Shown in pieces: positions 50,323 to 60,173 of a DNA stretch of 64,000 nucleotides. The DNA is from an uncultured delta proteobacterium (GTDB lineage Bacteria; Myxococcota_A; Polyangia; Polyangiales; Polyangiaceae). The translations under genes and the position numbers were made by a program. Location: positions 576,001 to 640,000 of the forward strand of contig CAWDXG010000004.1 of the NCBI GenBank assembly GCA_963806225.1. Direction: 5' to 3'. Each line of letters opens with the position of its first letter. Within the stretch, counting starts at the first letter, position 1. The notes under the pieces were generated by a model. It was not told where the DNA came from. It did not search any database and worked only from the letters and a program-made list of their open reading frames with translations.

Positions 50323-51384
50323 TCAGCTCGCGCTCGGCGGCGCATAGAAGTCGACCAATCGGATCGGCTGCGGGGAGAGCAGCGCCTGCACGCGGGACCG
50401 CTCCCCTTTCGGATCGCCGCCAATCTGGAACACCGTCGGCGGATCCACCTCTATGGTCACCGCCTCGACCAGATAGTCGAACAACACCGTCGGGCTTTCA
50501 TATTCGCCGCGCCAGATGGCCTTGAAATTCCGCACGAAGGGCAGCGGCGTGATGGTCGAGACGCGCAGATGCATGCGGCCCTCGCGCTCCTCGGCGTAGG
50601 GGAACATGCGGAAGCCGAACCCGTAGTACGGGATGGTCGAAAGCGCGGCGATGCGCGCCGGCCCTTCGTAGATGACCTCACCGCGGGGGATGGGCGGTCC
50701 CATCACGCTCCCCTTGGCGCCCATGCGGTGCGCGTCCGCCCCGTCGTTGATGACCCGGCAGTGGGGCACCCGCCGCAGCAGGTAGCTCGGCAGGGTCCGG
50801 GTGACGGACGCGACCGCGTAGCCCAGCGGACCGGCCGCTACCGGCTTGAGCGGCGTCCTCGACAGCGCGCTCTTGACGCGCTGGTAGTCGTCGAGCACGA
50901 CCGCATCGATACCGAAGCCGCAGAACGGCGCGATGAAGCCTTCCACTTCGATCAGGCGCACTTCACGGCTTCCGGCATCCTCCCTCAGGCGCTGGATGTC
51001 CGCCGAAAGGCCCCTGCCCTTGGCTTGACTGGCCCCGACCACCCACGCCAGGGCATTGCCGGTGCCAAGCCTGAGCAGGCCGAAGCGCGGCGGCAGCTTG
51101 CCCTGCCGGCGTGCGGCGTGGACGACCTCGGTGACCATGACCGTGAAGGTGCCGTCACCGCCGCCGGTGAGCACCGTGCCGTAGCCGCGCGAGACCAGCG
51201 TGTGGGCGATCTCGCGGGCGTCTTCCAGACGCCTGGACACGAACAGATCGCCGCCCAAAAGGATCTGGTCGAGCGTCGAGATCACCTCGTCGTTCACGCT
51301 CTTGGCGTTTCCGTTCACGACGACCGCAATGCGGTCGCTCGGCGGCGGGACGCTTGGGGGAGGCACGCTGTCGTTCGGCTGCAT
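50323..51384 (-). CDS. Diacylglycerol/lipid kinase family protein
   Basis: VVVNGNA, GGGDGT, LGTGNA, GFGIDA and QIGGD motifs. Start at MQPND. Confidence 0.88.
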   Translation of the reverse strand: MQPNDSVPPPSVPPPSDRIAVVVNGNAKSVNDEVISTLDQILLGGDLFVSRRLEDAREIAHTLVSRGYGTVLTGGGDGTFTVMVTEVVHAARRQGKLPPRFGLLRLGTGNALAWVVGASQAKGRGLSADIQRLREDAGSREVRLIEVEGFIAPFCGFGIDAVVLDDYQRVKSALSRTPLKPVAAGPLGYAVASVTRTLPSYLLRRVPHCRVINDGADAHRMGAKGSVMGPPIPRGEVIYEGPARIAALSTIPYYGFGFRMFPYAEEREGRMHLRVSTITPLPFVRNFKAIWRGEYESPTVLFDYLVEAVTIEVDPPTVFQIGGDPKGERSRVQALLSPQPIRLVDFYAPPSAS

Positions 51385-51559
51385 CCGCCGCGATGTACCA
51401 CGTCGGCAAGCCGGGTCCTGGGCTCCAGAGCAGGCTCCGCGGCGGCGCGCCGTCAGGCAATTTGGCGCTGGCGAGCTGATGTAATAAGCTCTTGTTGCCA
51501 GGATAGCTCCGCGGCAGAGGGGCCCGAGGAGGGACGGGCCGCGGAGGCGCGGGGCATAG

Positions 51560-52306
51560 ATGGCGAAAAACACAAAGAAGTCCAAGGGCAAGCCTGCGGC
51601 GTCGGCGCGGACGCGGAAGACTGCCCAGAGCCCCCGCAAGGCCAAGGCAGGTCCGGCACGCAGCGCCAAGGCAACGCCCAAGCGCGCTCCAGGCCCGAAG
51701 CGCCCCACCCCGAAGCGGCCGAAGAAGCCCCGGAAGAAGGCCGAGAAGGCGCGCCGCAAGCCCGCGGCCAAGGCGTCCTCGAAGTCGAAGCGACGGCTGG
51801 GGCTGCGCGGCGCGGCTCCGTGGGCCGCCCGGCACGCTGCCAAGCACGCTGCCGAAGCAGAGGCCCGCAATGCCGAACCGCCGCGGCCGGGAAGCGCGCG
51901 CGCCACGCTGCGCGCGCCGGCCGGCGCAGAGGAGCTGAAGACGCAAGTCGCCGAGCTGCACCACGCGGTGGAGCACATCCACTCGCTGCGCCGGAACCTC
52001 GCCGCCACCTTTTTCGAAGTCGCGCTGGAGCTGCAGCATGTGCGGGAGCTGAGGCTCTACGAGGCGAAGGGCTACTCTTCCTTCGAGAGCTTCGCCGATA
52101 GGGAGCTCGAGCTCGGCAAGGTCGTCGCCCTGAAGCTGGCGCGCGTGCCGGATGTGTTCCGGGAACAGGCCGCGCGGAGCTACGGCATGGATGCGGTGCT
52201 CGCCGCCCTGGGAACGCTCGACGACAACGGCGGCGGTCCGCAAGGAGCCCCCGGGCCGCCGAGCCCGCCGGCGCACCCGCTGAAACCGCCGAGCGGCGGC
52301 CGTTGA
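51560..52306 (+). CDS. Lys/Ala/Pro-rich (histone H1-like) protein with a C-terminal helical domain
   Basis: About 80 aa basic K/A/P/R tail, then L..VRELRLYEAKGYSSFESFA.REL.L motif. Confidence 0.75.
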   Translation: MAKNTKKSKGKPAASARTRKTAQSPRKAKAGPARSAKATPKRAPGPKRPTPKRPKKPRKKAEKARRKPAAKASSKSKRRLGLRGAAPWAARHAAKHAAEAEARNAEPPRPGSARATLRAPAGAEELKTQVAELHHAVEHIHSLRRNLAATFFEVALELQHVRELRLYEAKGYSSFESFADRELELGKVVALKLARVPDVFREQAARSYGMDAVLAALGTLDDNGGGPQGAPGPPSPPAHPLKPPSGGR

Positions 52307-53476
<1,170 letters not shown>

Positions 53477-53518
53477 TTCAACGAGCGCAGCGCTGCGGCG
53501 TTGCCCGCGCCCGGAACG

Positions 53519-54526
53519 TCAGTGGCACGACGCGCCGTTGGGTCCGCACACCGCACCGGACGCCGGAATGCTGTCGAGCACCTCGAGCGGCGGCACATAC
53601 ATGGTCCCGGCAGGGACTCCGAGTGCTTGCGCCTTGTCCGCCGGAACGACCAGCTGGTAGCCGCCCGCGACGGGATTGAACTGGGCCGGCGCGGCGCCTG
53701 GGGCCGGGGCCGGGCCCGGCGCCGGCGCGGGACCGCCGCCACCACCCGGCGTGCCTCCGCCGATGGCGCCGACGCACTGCTGCCCGCAGTTCGACGACAC
53801 GCACAGGAACGCCTGCAGGGCCTGACCCGCCGCGCCGAAATCACCGTTGAAGCAGCCCAGCACGCAAGCGAAATTCAGCCCGCCGCCACCACCCAGACAG
53901 CTGGAGAGGGCGCACACGACGCCGCTCGCACAGTTCGGATTGTTGTAGCAGGCGTTCACCTGGCTGTTGCAGGACTTGTCGGCGCACTGCACGCAGTTGC
54001 CGATCGGACCGCTGTCCGGGAACGGGAAGGCGTCGAAGAAGTTGCCACCGTCGGTCGGTCCGCCGGCGCTGCCGCCGAAGCCGCTGCCGCCGAAGCCGCT
54101 GCCGCCGAAGCCGCTGCCGCCGAAGCCGCTGCCGCCGAAGCCGCTGCCGCCGAAGCCCGTACCGCCCGTGCCGCCGAAGCCCGTACCGCCAAAGCCGCTG
54201 CCGCCAAAGCCGCTGCCGCCAAAGCCGCTGCCGCCAAAGCCGCTGCCGCCAAAGCCGCTGCCGCCAAAGCCGCTGCCGCCAAAGCCGCTGCCGCCAACGC
54301 CGCTGCCGCCAATGCCCGTGCCGCCGAAGCCGCTGCCTCCCGTCGCGCCCACGCCACCGAAGCCCGCCACGGCCCCGGAACCGCCCGCACCGGCAACCCC
54401 CGCGTCCACGCCGGCCGTGCCGCCGTCGAACGGGACATACTGGTCTTCGAATCCGGACCGGCTGCAGGCCACCGCCAGGCCCACACCGACCACCACCAGG
54501 CCCAGGAAGCGCGCACGATAAAGCAT
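53519..54526 (-). CDS. Lipoprotein with a (GGSGF)n linker and a Cys-rich C-terminal domain
   Basis: MLYRARFLGLVVVGVGLAVAC lipobox, pentapeptide repeats, then about 12 Cys in a helical domain. Confidence 0.8.
   Translation of the reverse strand: MLYRARFLGLVVVGVGLAVACSRSGFEDQYVPFDGGTAGVDAGVAGAGGSGAVAGFGGVGATGGSGFGGTGIGGSGVGGSGFGGSGFGGSGFGGSGFGGSGFGGSGFGGSGFGGTGFGGTGGTGFGGSGFGGSGFGGSGFGGSGFGGSGFGGSAGGPTDGGNFFDAFPFPDSGPIGNCVQCADKSCNSQVNACYNNPNCASGVVCALSSCLGGGGGLNFACVLGCFNGDFGAAGQALQAFLCVSSNCGQQCVGAIGGGTPGGGGGPAPAPGPAPAPGAAPAQFNPVAGGYQLVVPADKAQALGVPAGTMYVPPLEVLDSIPASGAVCGPNGASCH
54077..54335. repeat. 15-bp coding tandem repeat in two homogeneous blocks
   Basis: GAAGCCGCTGCCGCC x5 (54077-54151) and AAAGCCGCTGCCGCC x7 (54191-54295), plus degenerate copies. 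Confidence 0.95.
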
Positions 54527-54612
54527 GGTCCGGAGGCTACCTCCATGACCCGCGAAGCGCACATATCGTGCAGGGCAGCGGGTGACTTCCGGCCCGCGAG
54601 CCCCAACCGGCC

Positions 54613-56127
54613 TCAGCCGGCGTCTAGATCCTCGAACGGATCGGCTTCGTCGAACTCGTACTCCGAGGGCGCCAGGTTGTCGAAGCGCGTGAACTCGGAG
54701 GTGAAGCGCGTCAGCACCTTGCCGGTCGGGCCGTTGCGCTGTTTGGAGATGATCACCTCGGCGACGCCTTTGTCCGGGCTGTCCTGGAAGTAGTACTCGT
54801 CCCGGTAGATGAACATGATGGTGTCGGCATCCTGCTCGATTGCGCCGGACTCGCGAAGATCGCTCAGCTGCGGACGTTTGTCCTTGGTCGTGCGCGTCTC
54901 CACGGAACGGTTGAGCTGGCTCAGCGCGATGACCGACACTCCCATTTCCTTGGCGAGCTGTTTCAGTCCGCGCGACAGCTCGCTGATTTCCTGCTCGCGG
55001 CTGCCCGCGTCGCGACGCCCTTGCATCAGCTGCAGATAGTCCACCACGACCAACCCCAGCTTCTTCGCCGGGACCGCGTCGTTTGCACCGCGCCCGATGT
55101 CCGCCTGCAGGCGCCGGATCTTCGCACGCAGAGCGAGCAGCGTGATGGCCGGCGTGTCGTCGAGCCACAGAGGCAGACGCCCGAGATTCGCGGCCGCTTC
55201 GGTGAGCTTGTTCCAGTCGTCGCGCCGGATATCCCCGCTGCGGATGCGCGAGACGTCGACCCGCGCCTCGCACGCGAGCAGACGCGATGCCAACTGCTCA
55301 CGCGGCATCTCCAGCGAGAAGAACGCCACGCCGAAGCCCGGCTCGTCCACCGGCGGCTCGGCATAGGGGTCGCTGTCGGCGACAGCCGGCGCTTCGCGAG
55401 GACGTGCGACGTTGACTGCAAGGTTCAGGACGAAGGCCGTCTTGCCCATGCCGGGGCGACCCGCAACGATGTAGAGATCGCCGGGGTGCAGTCCCGAGAT
55501 CTTGCGGTCGAGCAGCGTGAAACCGGTCGAGATACCCGAGATGCCACCTCCCTGCTTGGCAGCGGCACTGATGATCTCGAACGCGCCGTGGATGGCGTCC
55601 TTGACGGGACGCATGCTGGTGCCTTCGGGGACGCGCGCGATGTCGAACACCGCCTGCTCGGCATCGTCGATGAAGCCCTGCACCTCGCCGCAGTCGCCGT
55701 AGCCCTCCGCAGCGAAACGCTGACAGGTCGCGATGAGCTGTCTCAGCCGCCACTTCTCACGGATCGTGCTGGCGTGCGCTTCGACGTGGGCCACCGCCGG
55801 CGTCGCGTCGGCAAGCTGCGCCATGTACGGCGTGCCGCCAACCTGCTGCAACCGCTCACGGTCCCTGAGCCACCCCGCCACCGAGACGATGTCCACCGGC
55901 CGCCCTGCACTCGAGAGGTCGACCATCGCCTCGTAGATGCGGCGATTGGCGTCCGAGTAGAAGTGCTCTGGCGAGAGGATGCTCTGGACCGCGTCGAACG
56001 CTTCGCCCGACAGGAGTACGGCGCTCAGCACCGCCGCCTCGGCATCGAGATCACTGGGCGGCACCCTTCCGCCCGCCGGCGCGAGCTCCACGGGCTGGTT
56101 CCTGTGCTGGTGCTCACCCGCAAACAT
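54613..56127 (-). CDS. dnaB: Replicative DNA helicase
   Basis: PP.DLDAE.AVL, AGRPGMGKT, FSLEM, VDYLQL, LSQLNR, SDLRESGAIEQDAD and KQRNGP motifs; no intein. Confidence 0.97.
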   Translation of the reverse strand: MFAGEHQHRNQPVELAPAGGRVPPSDLDAEAAVLSAVLLSGEAFDAVQSILSPEHFYSDANRRIYEAMVDLSSAGRPVDIVSVAGWLRDRERLQQVGGTPYMAQLADATPAVAHVEAHASTIREKWRLRQLIATCQRFAAEGYGDCGEVQGFIDDAEQAVFDIARVPEGTSMRPVKDAIHGAFEIISAAAKQGGGISGISTGFTLLDRKISGLHPGDLYIVAGRPGMGKTAFVLNLAVNVARPREAPAVADSDPYAEPPVDEPGFGVAFFSLEMPREQLASRLLACEARVDVSRIRSGDIRRDDWNKLTEAAANLGRLPLWLDDTPAITLLALRAKIRRLQADIGRGANDAVPAKKLGLVVVDYLQLMQGRRDAGSREQEISELSRGLKQLAKEMGVSVIALSQLNRSVETRTTKDKRPQLSDLRESGAIEQDADTIMFIYRDEYYFQDSPDKGVAEVIISKQRNGPTGKVLTRFTSEFTRFDNLAPSEYEFDEADPFEDLDAG

Positions 56128-56230
56128 GCTCGACCTCGCTACTTTCTGCCGCGCTCCGCGCCCTGGCGCCAGGACAGATCCTGTCAGGGGCGGACCCGCG
56201 CGCGGAACGCCCATTGCATGGAAACCCGAG

Positions 56231-56272
56231 CCGTCCACCGATTTCCCAGAACCGCTCCACGACTTGTCCCCA
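56231..56272. promoter_or_regulatory. Phased array of degenerate DnaA-box-like 9-mers upstream of dnaB
   Basis: CCGTCCACC (56231), TTTCCCAGA (56242), CGCTCCACG (56253), TTGTCCCCA (56264), with an 11-bp period. Confidence 0.4.
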
Positions 56273-56383
56273 GCCTTCCAAATGCACGACACCCCGGCGA
56301 CCTGGACGGGCACCGGGGTGTCTCGCTCATCTGTCTCCCGAGCTGGCCCGCCTGTCAAGCGCGGGACGCGGGGACAGCTCCTG

Positions 56384-56842
56384 TCAGCTCTTCTTGATGA
56401 CCTCGACGCGGAGTGACGCCTTCACCTCGGCGTGCAGGCGGATCGTCACCTCGCTCAGACCCAGCTGCTTTATCGGCTCGCTGAGCTCGAGCTTCCGCCG
56501 GTCGATCTCGAGGCCCTGTGCGGCAAAGGCCGCCTCGATGTCCTTGGCGGTCACCGAGCCGTACATCTTGTTTTCCTCGCCGACGGCACGCTCGATCTTC
56601 ACGGCGTTGTTCTCGAGCTTGGCCGCGAACTTCTTCGCTTCATCGAGCGCAGCATGGGCTCGTTCGGCCGCGATACGCTTGAGCTCGCCGATGCGTGCAA
56701 GGTTGTTCTCGGTAGCCGGGGCGGCCAGGCCGCGCGGGATGAGGAAGTTCCGGGCATAGCCGGGTCTCACCCGCACCACGTCGCCGCTGGTGCCGAGGTT
56801 GTCGACGTCCTCCTGCAGGACAACTCGAATGGCGGTCGCCAT
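56384..56842 (-). CDS. rplI: 50S ribosomal protein L9
   Basis: VVLQEDVDNLG..GDVV.V.PGYARNFLIP and KMYGSVT motifs. Confidence 0.97.
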   Translation of the reverse strand: MATAIRVVLQEDVDNLGTSGDVVRVRPGYARNFLIPRGLAAPATENNLARIGELKRIAAERAHAALDEAKKFAAKLENNAVKIERAVGEENKMYGSVTAKDIEAAFAAQGLEIDRRKLELSEPIKQLGLSEVTIRLHAEVKASLRVEVIKKS

Positions 56843-56852
56843 GGGTGATCTC

Positions 56853-57143
56853 CTATTCGTTGGCCGTGAACGGCAGAAGCGCGATGCTGCGCGCGCGCTT
56901 GATGGCCACGGTGATGGCACGCTGGTGCTTGGCACAGCTGCCCGAGATTCGGCGCGGCACGATCTTGCCGCGGTCGGTGATGAAATAGCGCAGGGCCTGC
57001 GGGTCCTTGTAGTCGATGGTCAGCGCCTCATCGGCGCAGAAGCCGCAGCCGCGGCGACGGTTGCGCCGGAACGAGCCACCTTCCTGGTCACGATCGCGAT
57101 CGCGATCGCGATCGCGATCACGCGGGCGTCCGCTGTCCTTCAT
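56853..57143 (-). CDS. rpsR: 30S ribosomal protein S18 (zinc-binding form, N-terminal DR repeats)
   Basis: [25 protein letters not shown] and AIKRAR motifs. Confidence 0.97.
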   Translation of the reverse strand: MKDSGRPRDRDRDRDRDRDQEGGSFRRNRRRGCGFCADEALTIDYKDPQALRYFITDRGKIVPRRISGSCAKHQRAITVAIKRARSIALLPFTANE

Positions 57144-57760
57144 TCTTCCTCCTCCGTGCTCTCCTCCGTGGAGGCTTCGCTCTTCTTCTCGGTCGGGGCT
57201 TCGGCCTGCTTCTCGGTCGAGGCTTCGGCCTGCTTCTCGGTCGAGGCTTCGGCCTTCTTTTCCTTGTCGCCGGCGCCTTCGCCACGGGCGGGTTCGGCCG
57301 CGTGCTGCTCCTTCGCGGGAGGCGGCGCCTCCTCCAGGCCCAGGCTTCGCTCGAGCGACTCCTCGACCTCGTCCTCGGGGGGCGGCTCGATATCGGCGAA
57401 CTGCACCAACTCGGGGTCGATCTCCAGTGCCGCAACGTCGACCTCGCCTCCGACCACGACGGTCTGGAACTTGATCACCTCGTCCAGCATCCGGAGGTTG
57501 CGTTCCAGCTCGGACACGAGACCGCCGCCGGACACGTACTGCACGTACACGTACACGCCGCGCTTGAACTTCTTGACCGGGTACGCAAGCTGACGGCGAC
57601 CCCACGTCTCGACGAGCGTGAGCTTGCCGCCTTCGCGCTCGACCACTTCCTGGACGCGGTGGGAGACCTTGGCAGCAGCCTCCTGCGCCACGTCGGGGCG
57701 CATCACGTAGATGGTTTCGTAGGCGCGCGGGGGATGTACCCCCAGCTGGGTTTCGGGCAT
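57140..57760 (-). CDS. rpsF: 30S ribosomal protein S6 with a long acidic C-terminal extension
   Basis: [10 protein letters not shown] and [12 protein letters not shown] motifs; tail with AEASTEKQ repeats ending EEEE. Confidence 0.95.
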   Translation of the reverse strand: MPETQLGVHPPRAYETIYVMRPDVAQEAAAKVSHRVQEVVEREGGKLTLVETWGRRQLAYPVKKFKRGVYVYVQYVSGGGLVSELERNLRMLDEVIKFQTVVVGGEVDVAALEIDPELVQFADIEPPPEDEVEESLERSLGLEEAPPPAKEQHAAEPARGEGAGDKEKKAEASTEKQAEASTEKQAEAPTEKKSEASTEESTEEEE

Positions 57761-57813
57761 CTGGTTCTCCTTGTGGGCGTTTGGCCCCGGGCGTCACCCG
57801 GAGCAAGGAGCGA
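57761..57813 (-). promoter_or_regulatory. rpsF leader, S6:S18-binding autoregulatory RNA motif (candidate)
   Basis: CTCCTTG-C-[TCCGGG-TGACG-CCCGGG]-GCC-AAACGCCCA-CAAGGAG: an anti-SD pairs with the SD, and the inner hairpin is followed by a CC-containing bulge. Confidence 0.7.
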
Positions 57814-58389
57814 TCAACGTTTCGCTCGTTGATTGGTGACGTTCATCGCCGCCGCGATACCGCGTTCGACGACTTCAGCCACCACATCCGCCGCGCGGTC
57901 GACCACCTCATCGAGGTCGGCCCGCTCCGCGGAGGCGAAGGCTTGTAGCACATAATCGGCCGTGTCACCCCGGAACCCGGCGGGGGGACGGCCGATTCCA
58001 ACCCGGAGGCGCATGTACTCCGGCGTCCCGAGGTGACTGGTAATGGACTTGAGACCGTTGTGGCCCGCGTCCCCGCCCCCCTGCTTCAGGCGGATCTGGC
58101 CGAAAGGCAGGTCCAGCTCGTCGTGGACGACCAGCACGTCGGCGGGTGGCACCTTGAAGAACGTGGTGGCGGGCCGGACGCTGCCGCCCGATTCGTTCAT
58201 GTAGGTGTGCGGCTCGAGCACCGCTACGCGCCGCGAGCCAAGCTCGATCTGTGCGAAACGACCCCGGAATTTCTCGCGCCACAGGCCCGCCGCACGACCG
58301 ACGACCCGCTCGGCCACCATGAACCCGACGTTGTGACGGGTCTCCTCGTAGCGCCTGCCCGGGTTGCCCAGGCCGACGACCAGGATCAC
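57814..58389 (-). CDS. pth: Peptidyl-tRNA hydrolase
   Basis: VGLGNPG, TRHNVGF, TYMNESG, HDELD and GHNGLKS motifs. Confidence 0.97.
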   Translation of the reverse strand: MILVVGLGNPGRRYEETRHNVGFMVAERVVGRAAGLWREKFRGRFAQIELGSRRVAVLEPHTYMNESGGSVRPATTFFKVPPADVLVVHDELDLPFGQIRLKQGGGDAGHNGLKSITSHLGTPEYMRLRVGIGRPPAGFRGDTADYVLQAFASAERADLDEVVDRAADVVAEVVERGIAAAMNVTNQRAKR

Positions 58390-59045
58390 GTCTTGGCTTC
58401 AGGCGTCTCGCCAGCCGGCGCCTGAGGTGCGCCAGCTTCGGTCGGGGCCGCCTCGGTTGCCGCCGCCGCCTCTTCTTCCTCGGCGCGCTTCGTCTCGGTC
58501 ACCACCGCGGCCACGGTCCGGCTCTCGTCCAGGCGCACGGTGACTCCCTCGGGCAGCGCCAGGTCGCGGACCGCAACGTGGCCGTCGAGCTCGAGCTCGG
58601 TGACATCGTGCTCGATCTTCACCGGGATCTGCTCGGGCAGGCAGCGGATCGGCAGCTTGCGGTACACCTGCCGGAGTACGCCGCCGACCACCACGCCCTT
58701 GGCCTTGCCGGTGAGAACGAACGGCACGTCCACCTCGACCGGGCGATCGAGATGGATCTGGAGGAAGTCCGCGTGCAGGAATTCCCGGGAAACGGGGTGG
58801 TACTGGTAGTCCGCCAGCAGCACCGTCCGCCTGCCTTCGCCTTCGACCTCGAGCTCTATCACCGAGTTGCGGCCGTGCTCGCTCTTGAGCACGCCGAGCA
58901 GGTCCTTCGGCAAGACCGCCAACGACTCGGCCGGCATCTCCTTGCCGTACGCCGTGGCGGGGATTCTCCCTTCGTGGCGCAGACGGCGCGCCGGACCTTT
59001 ACCGGATTCTGTGCGACGGATCGCGGGAACCTTGACGAGCTCCAT
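58386..59045 (-). CDS. rplY: 50S ribosomal protein L25 (Ctc form)
   Basis: ARRLR..GRIPA..YG, QYHPV...LHADF and the C-terminal Ctc domain. Confidence 0.95.
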   Translation of the reverse strand: MELVKVPAIRRTESGKGPARRLRHEGRIPATAYGKEMPAESLAVLPKDLLGVLKSEHGRNSVIELEVEGEGRRTVLLADYQYHPVSREFLHADFLQIHLDRPVEVDVPFVLTGKAKGVVVGGVLRQVYRKLPIRCLPEQIPVKIEHDVTELELDGHVAVRDLALPEGVTVRLDESRTVAAVVTETKRAEEEEAAAATEAAPTEAGAPQAPAGETPEAKT

Positions 59046-59084
59046 GACTCACGTTCTCCTGGGGTTCGAGAGGGCCGGACCGGC

Positions 59085-60032
59085 TCACACGAACAGCGAG
59101 CTGACTGAATCGCTGTTGTGGATGCGCCGGATGGCCTCGCCGAGTAGCCTGCCGATAGACAGGAAACGGATCTTCTTGCAGGCTTTCGCCTCTTCGCTGG
59201 GAGGGATCGAGTTGGTCACCACGACCTCCTCGAGTGCAGACTCCTCGATGCGCTGCACCGCGGGTCCGCTGAGCACTCCGTGACTCGCACAGGCGACGAC
59301 ACGACGCGCCCCGCCGTCCATGACGGCCTGGGCTGCGTTGCACAGCGTGCCGGCCGTATCGATGATGTCGTCGACGATGATGCAGTCGCGGCCTTCCACA
59401 TCGCCGATGAGGTGCATGACCTCGCTGACGTTGGCGTGCTCGCGACGCTTGTCGATAATGGCGAGGCTCGCCCCAAGGCGCTTCGAATACGCGCGGGTGC
59501 GCTCGACGCCGCCGGCGTCCGGCGAGACGAAAACGGCATCCTCGCCGAAGCGCATCTTGAGGTAGTCGTCGAGGAACACCGGCAGCGCGTACAGGTGATC
59601 GAAGGGGATGTTGAAGAACCCCTGGATCTGGCCAGCATGCAGATCCACGCACAGGACGCGGCCCACTCCCGCTGCGACCAGCAGGTCGGCGACCAGCTTC
59701 GATGTGATGGGGGTGCGCGGAGCGACCTTCCGGTCCTGCCGCGCGTAGCCATAGTAGGGGATGACCGCGGTGATGGCCGCTGCCGACGCGCGCCGGAGCG
59801 CGTCGCACATGATGAGCAGCTCCATCAGGTTGTCGTTCACCGGGGAGGAGGTCGGCTGGATCACGTACGTGTCGAGACCGCGGACATTTTCGCGGATCTC
59901 GCAGAAAGTCTCGCCGTCACTGAAGCGCGAGACGCGTGCCTCACCCAACGGCGTGTCGAGGACCTTTGCGATCTCCAACGCCAGCTCGGGATTCGCGTTC
60001 CCGCTGAATAGGCAGACTCTCTTGACCGCCAC
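59085..60032 (-). CDS. prs: Ribose-phosphate pyrophosphokinase
   Basis: [33 protein letters not shown] and [10 protein letters not shown] motifs. Confidence 0.98.
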   Translation of the reverse strand: MAVKRVCLFSGNANPELALEIAKVLDTPLGEARVSRFSDGETFCEIRENVRGLDTYVIQPTSSPVNDNLMELLIMCDALRRASAAAITAVIPYYGYARQDRKVAPRTPITSKLVADLLVAAGVGRVLCVDLHAGQIQGFFNIPFDHLYALPVFLDDYLKMRFGEDAVFVSPDAGGVERTRAYSKRLGASLAIIDKRREHANVSEVMHLIGDVEGRDCIIVDDIIDTAGTLCNAAQAVMDGGARRVVACASHGVLSGPAVQRIEESALEEVVVTNSIPPSEEAKACKKIRFLSIGRLLGEAIRRIHNSDSVSSLFV

Positions 60033-60117
60033 GACTCGTCACCAACCTCCGGCACCTGGCCCCAACTCTGCGAAAGTACAGGAGACTTCTGCAGAACCGG
60101 GCCCGCGGCGCGCGCGA

Positions 60118-60146
60118 CAACTAGCAGCAGGACCGGCGCCTGTCAA
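60118..60146 (-). promoter_or_regulatory. Candidate sigma70 promoter of the prs operon
   Basis: TTGACA-17 bp-TAGTTG with a TG extension, about 85 bp upstream of prs. Confidence 0.45.
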
Positions 60147-60173
60147 CGCGGAGCGCAGGCCGGGACAGTCGAC

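Noticed and set aside
54060..54340. Possible CRISPR array
   Set aside because: Contiguous 15-bp units with no spacers, in frame within a lipoprotein; no cas genes in the window.
60033..60173. tRNA-Gln, often found upstream of prs
   Set aside because: No cloverleaf or T-loop motif in this gap.
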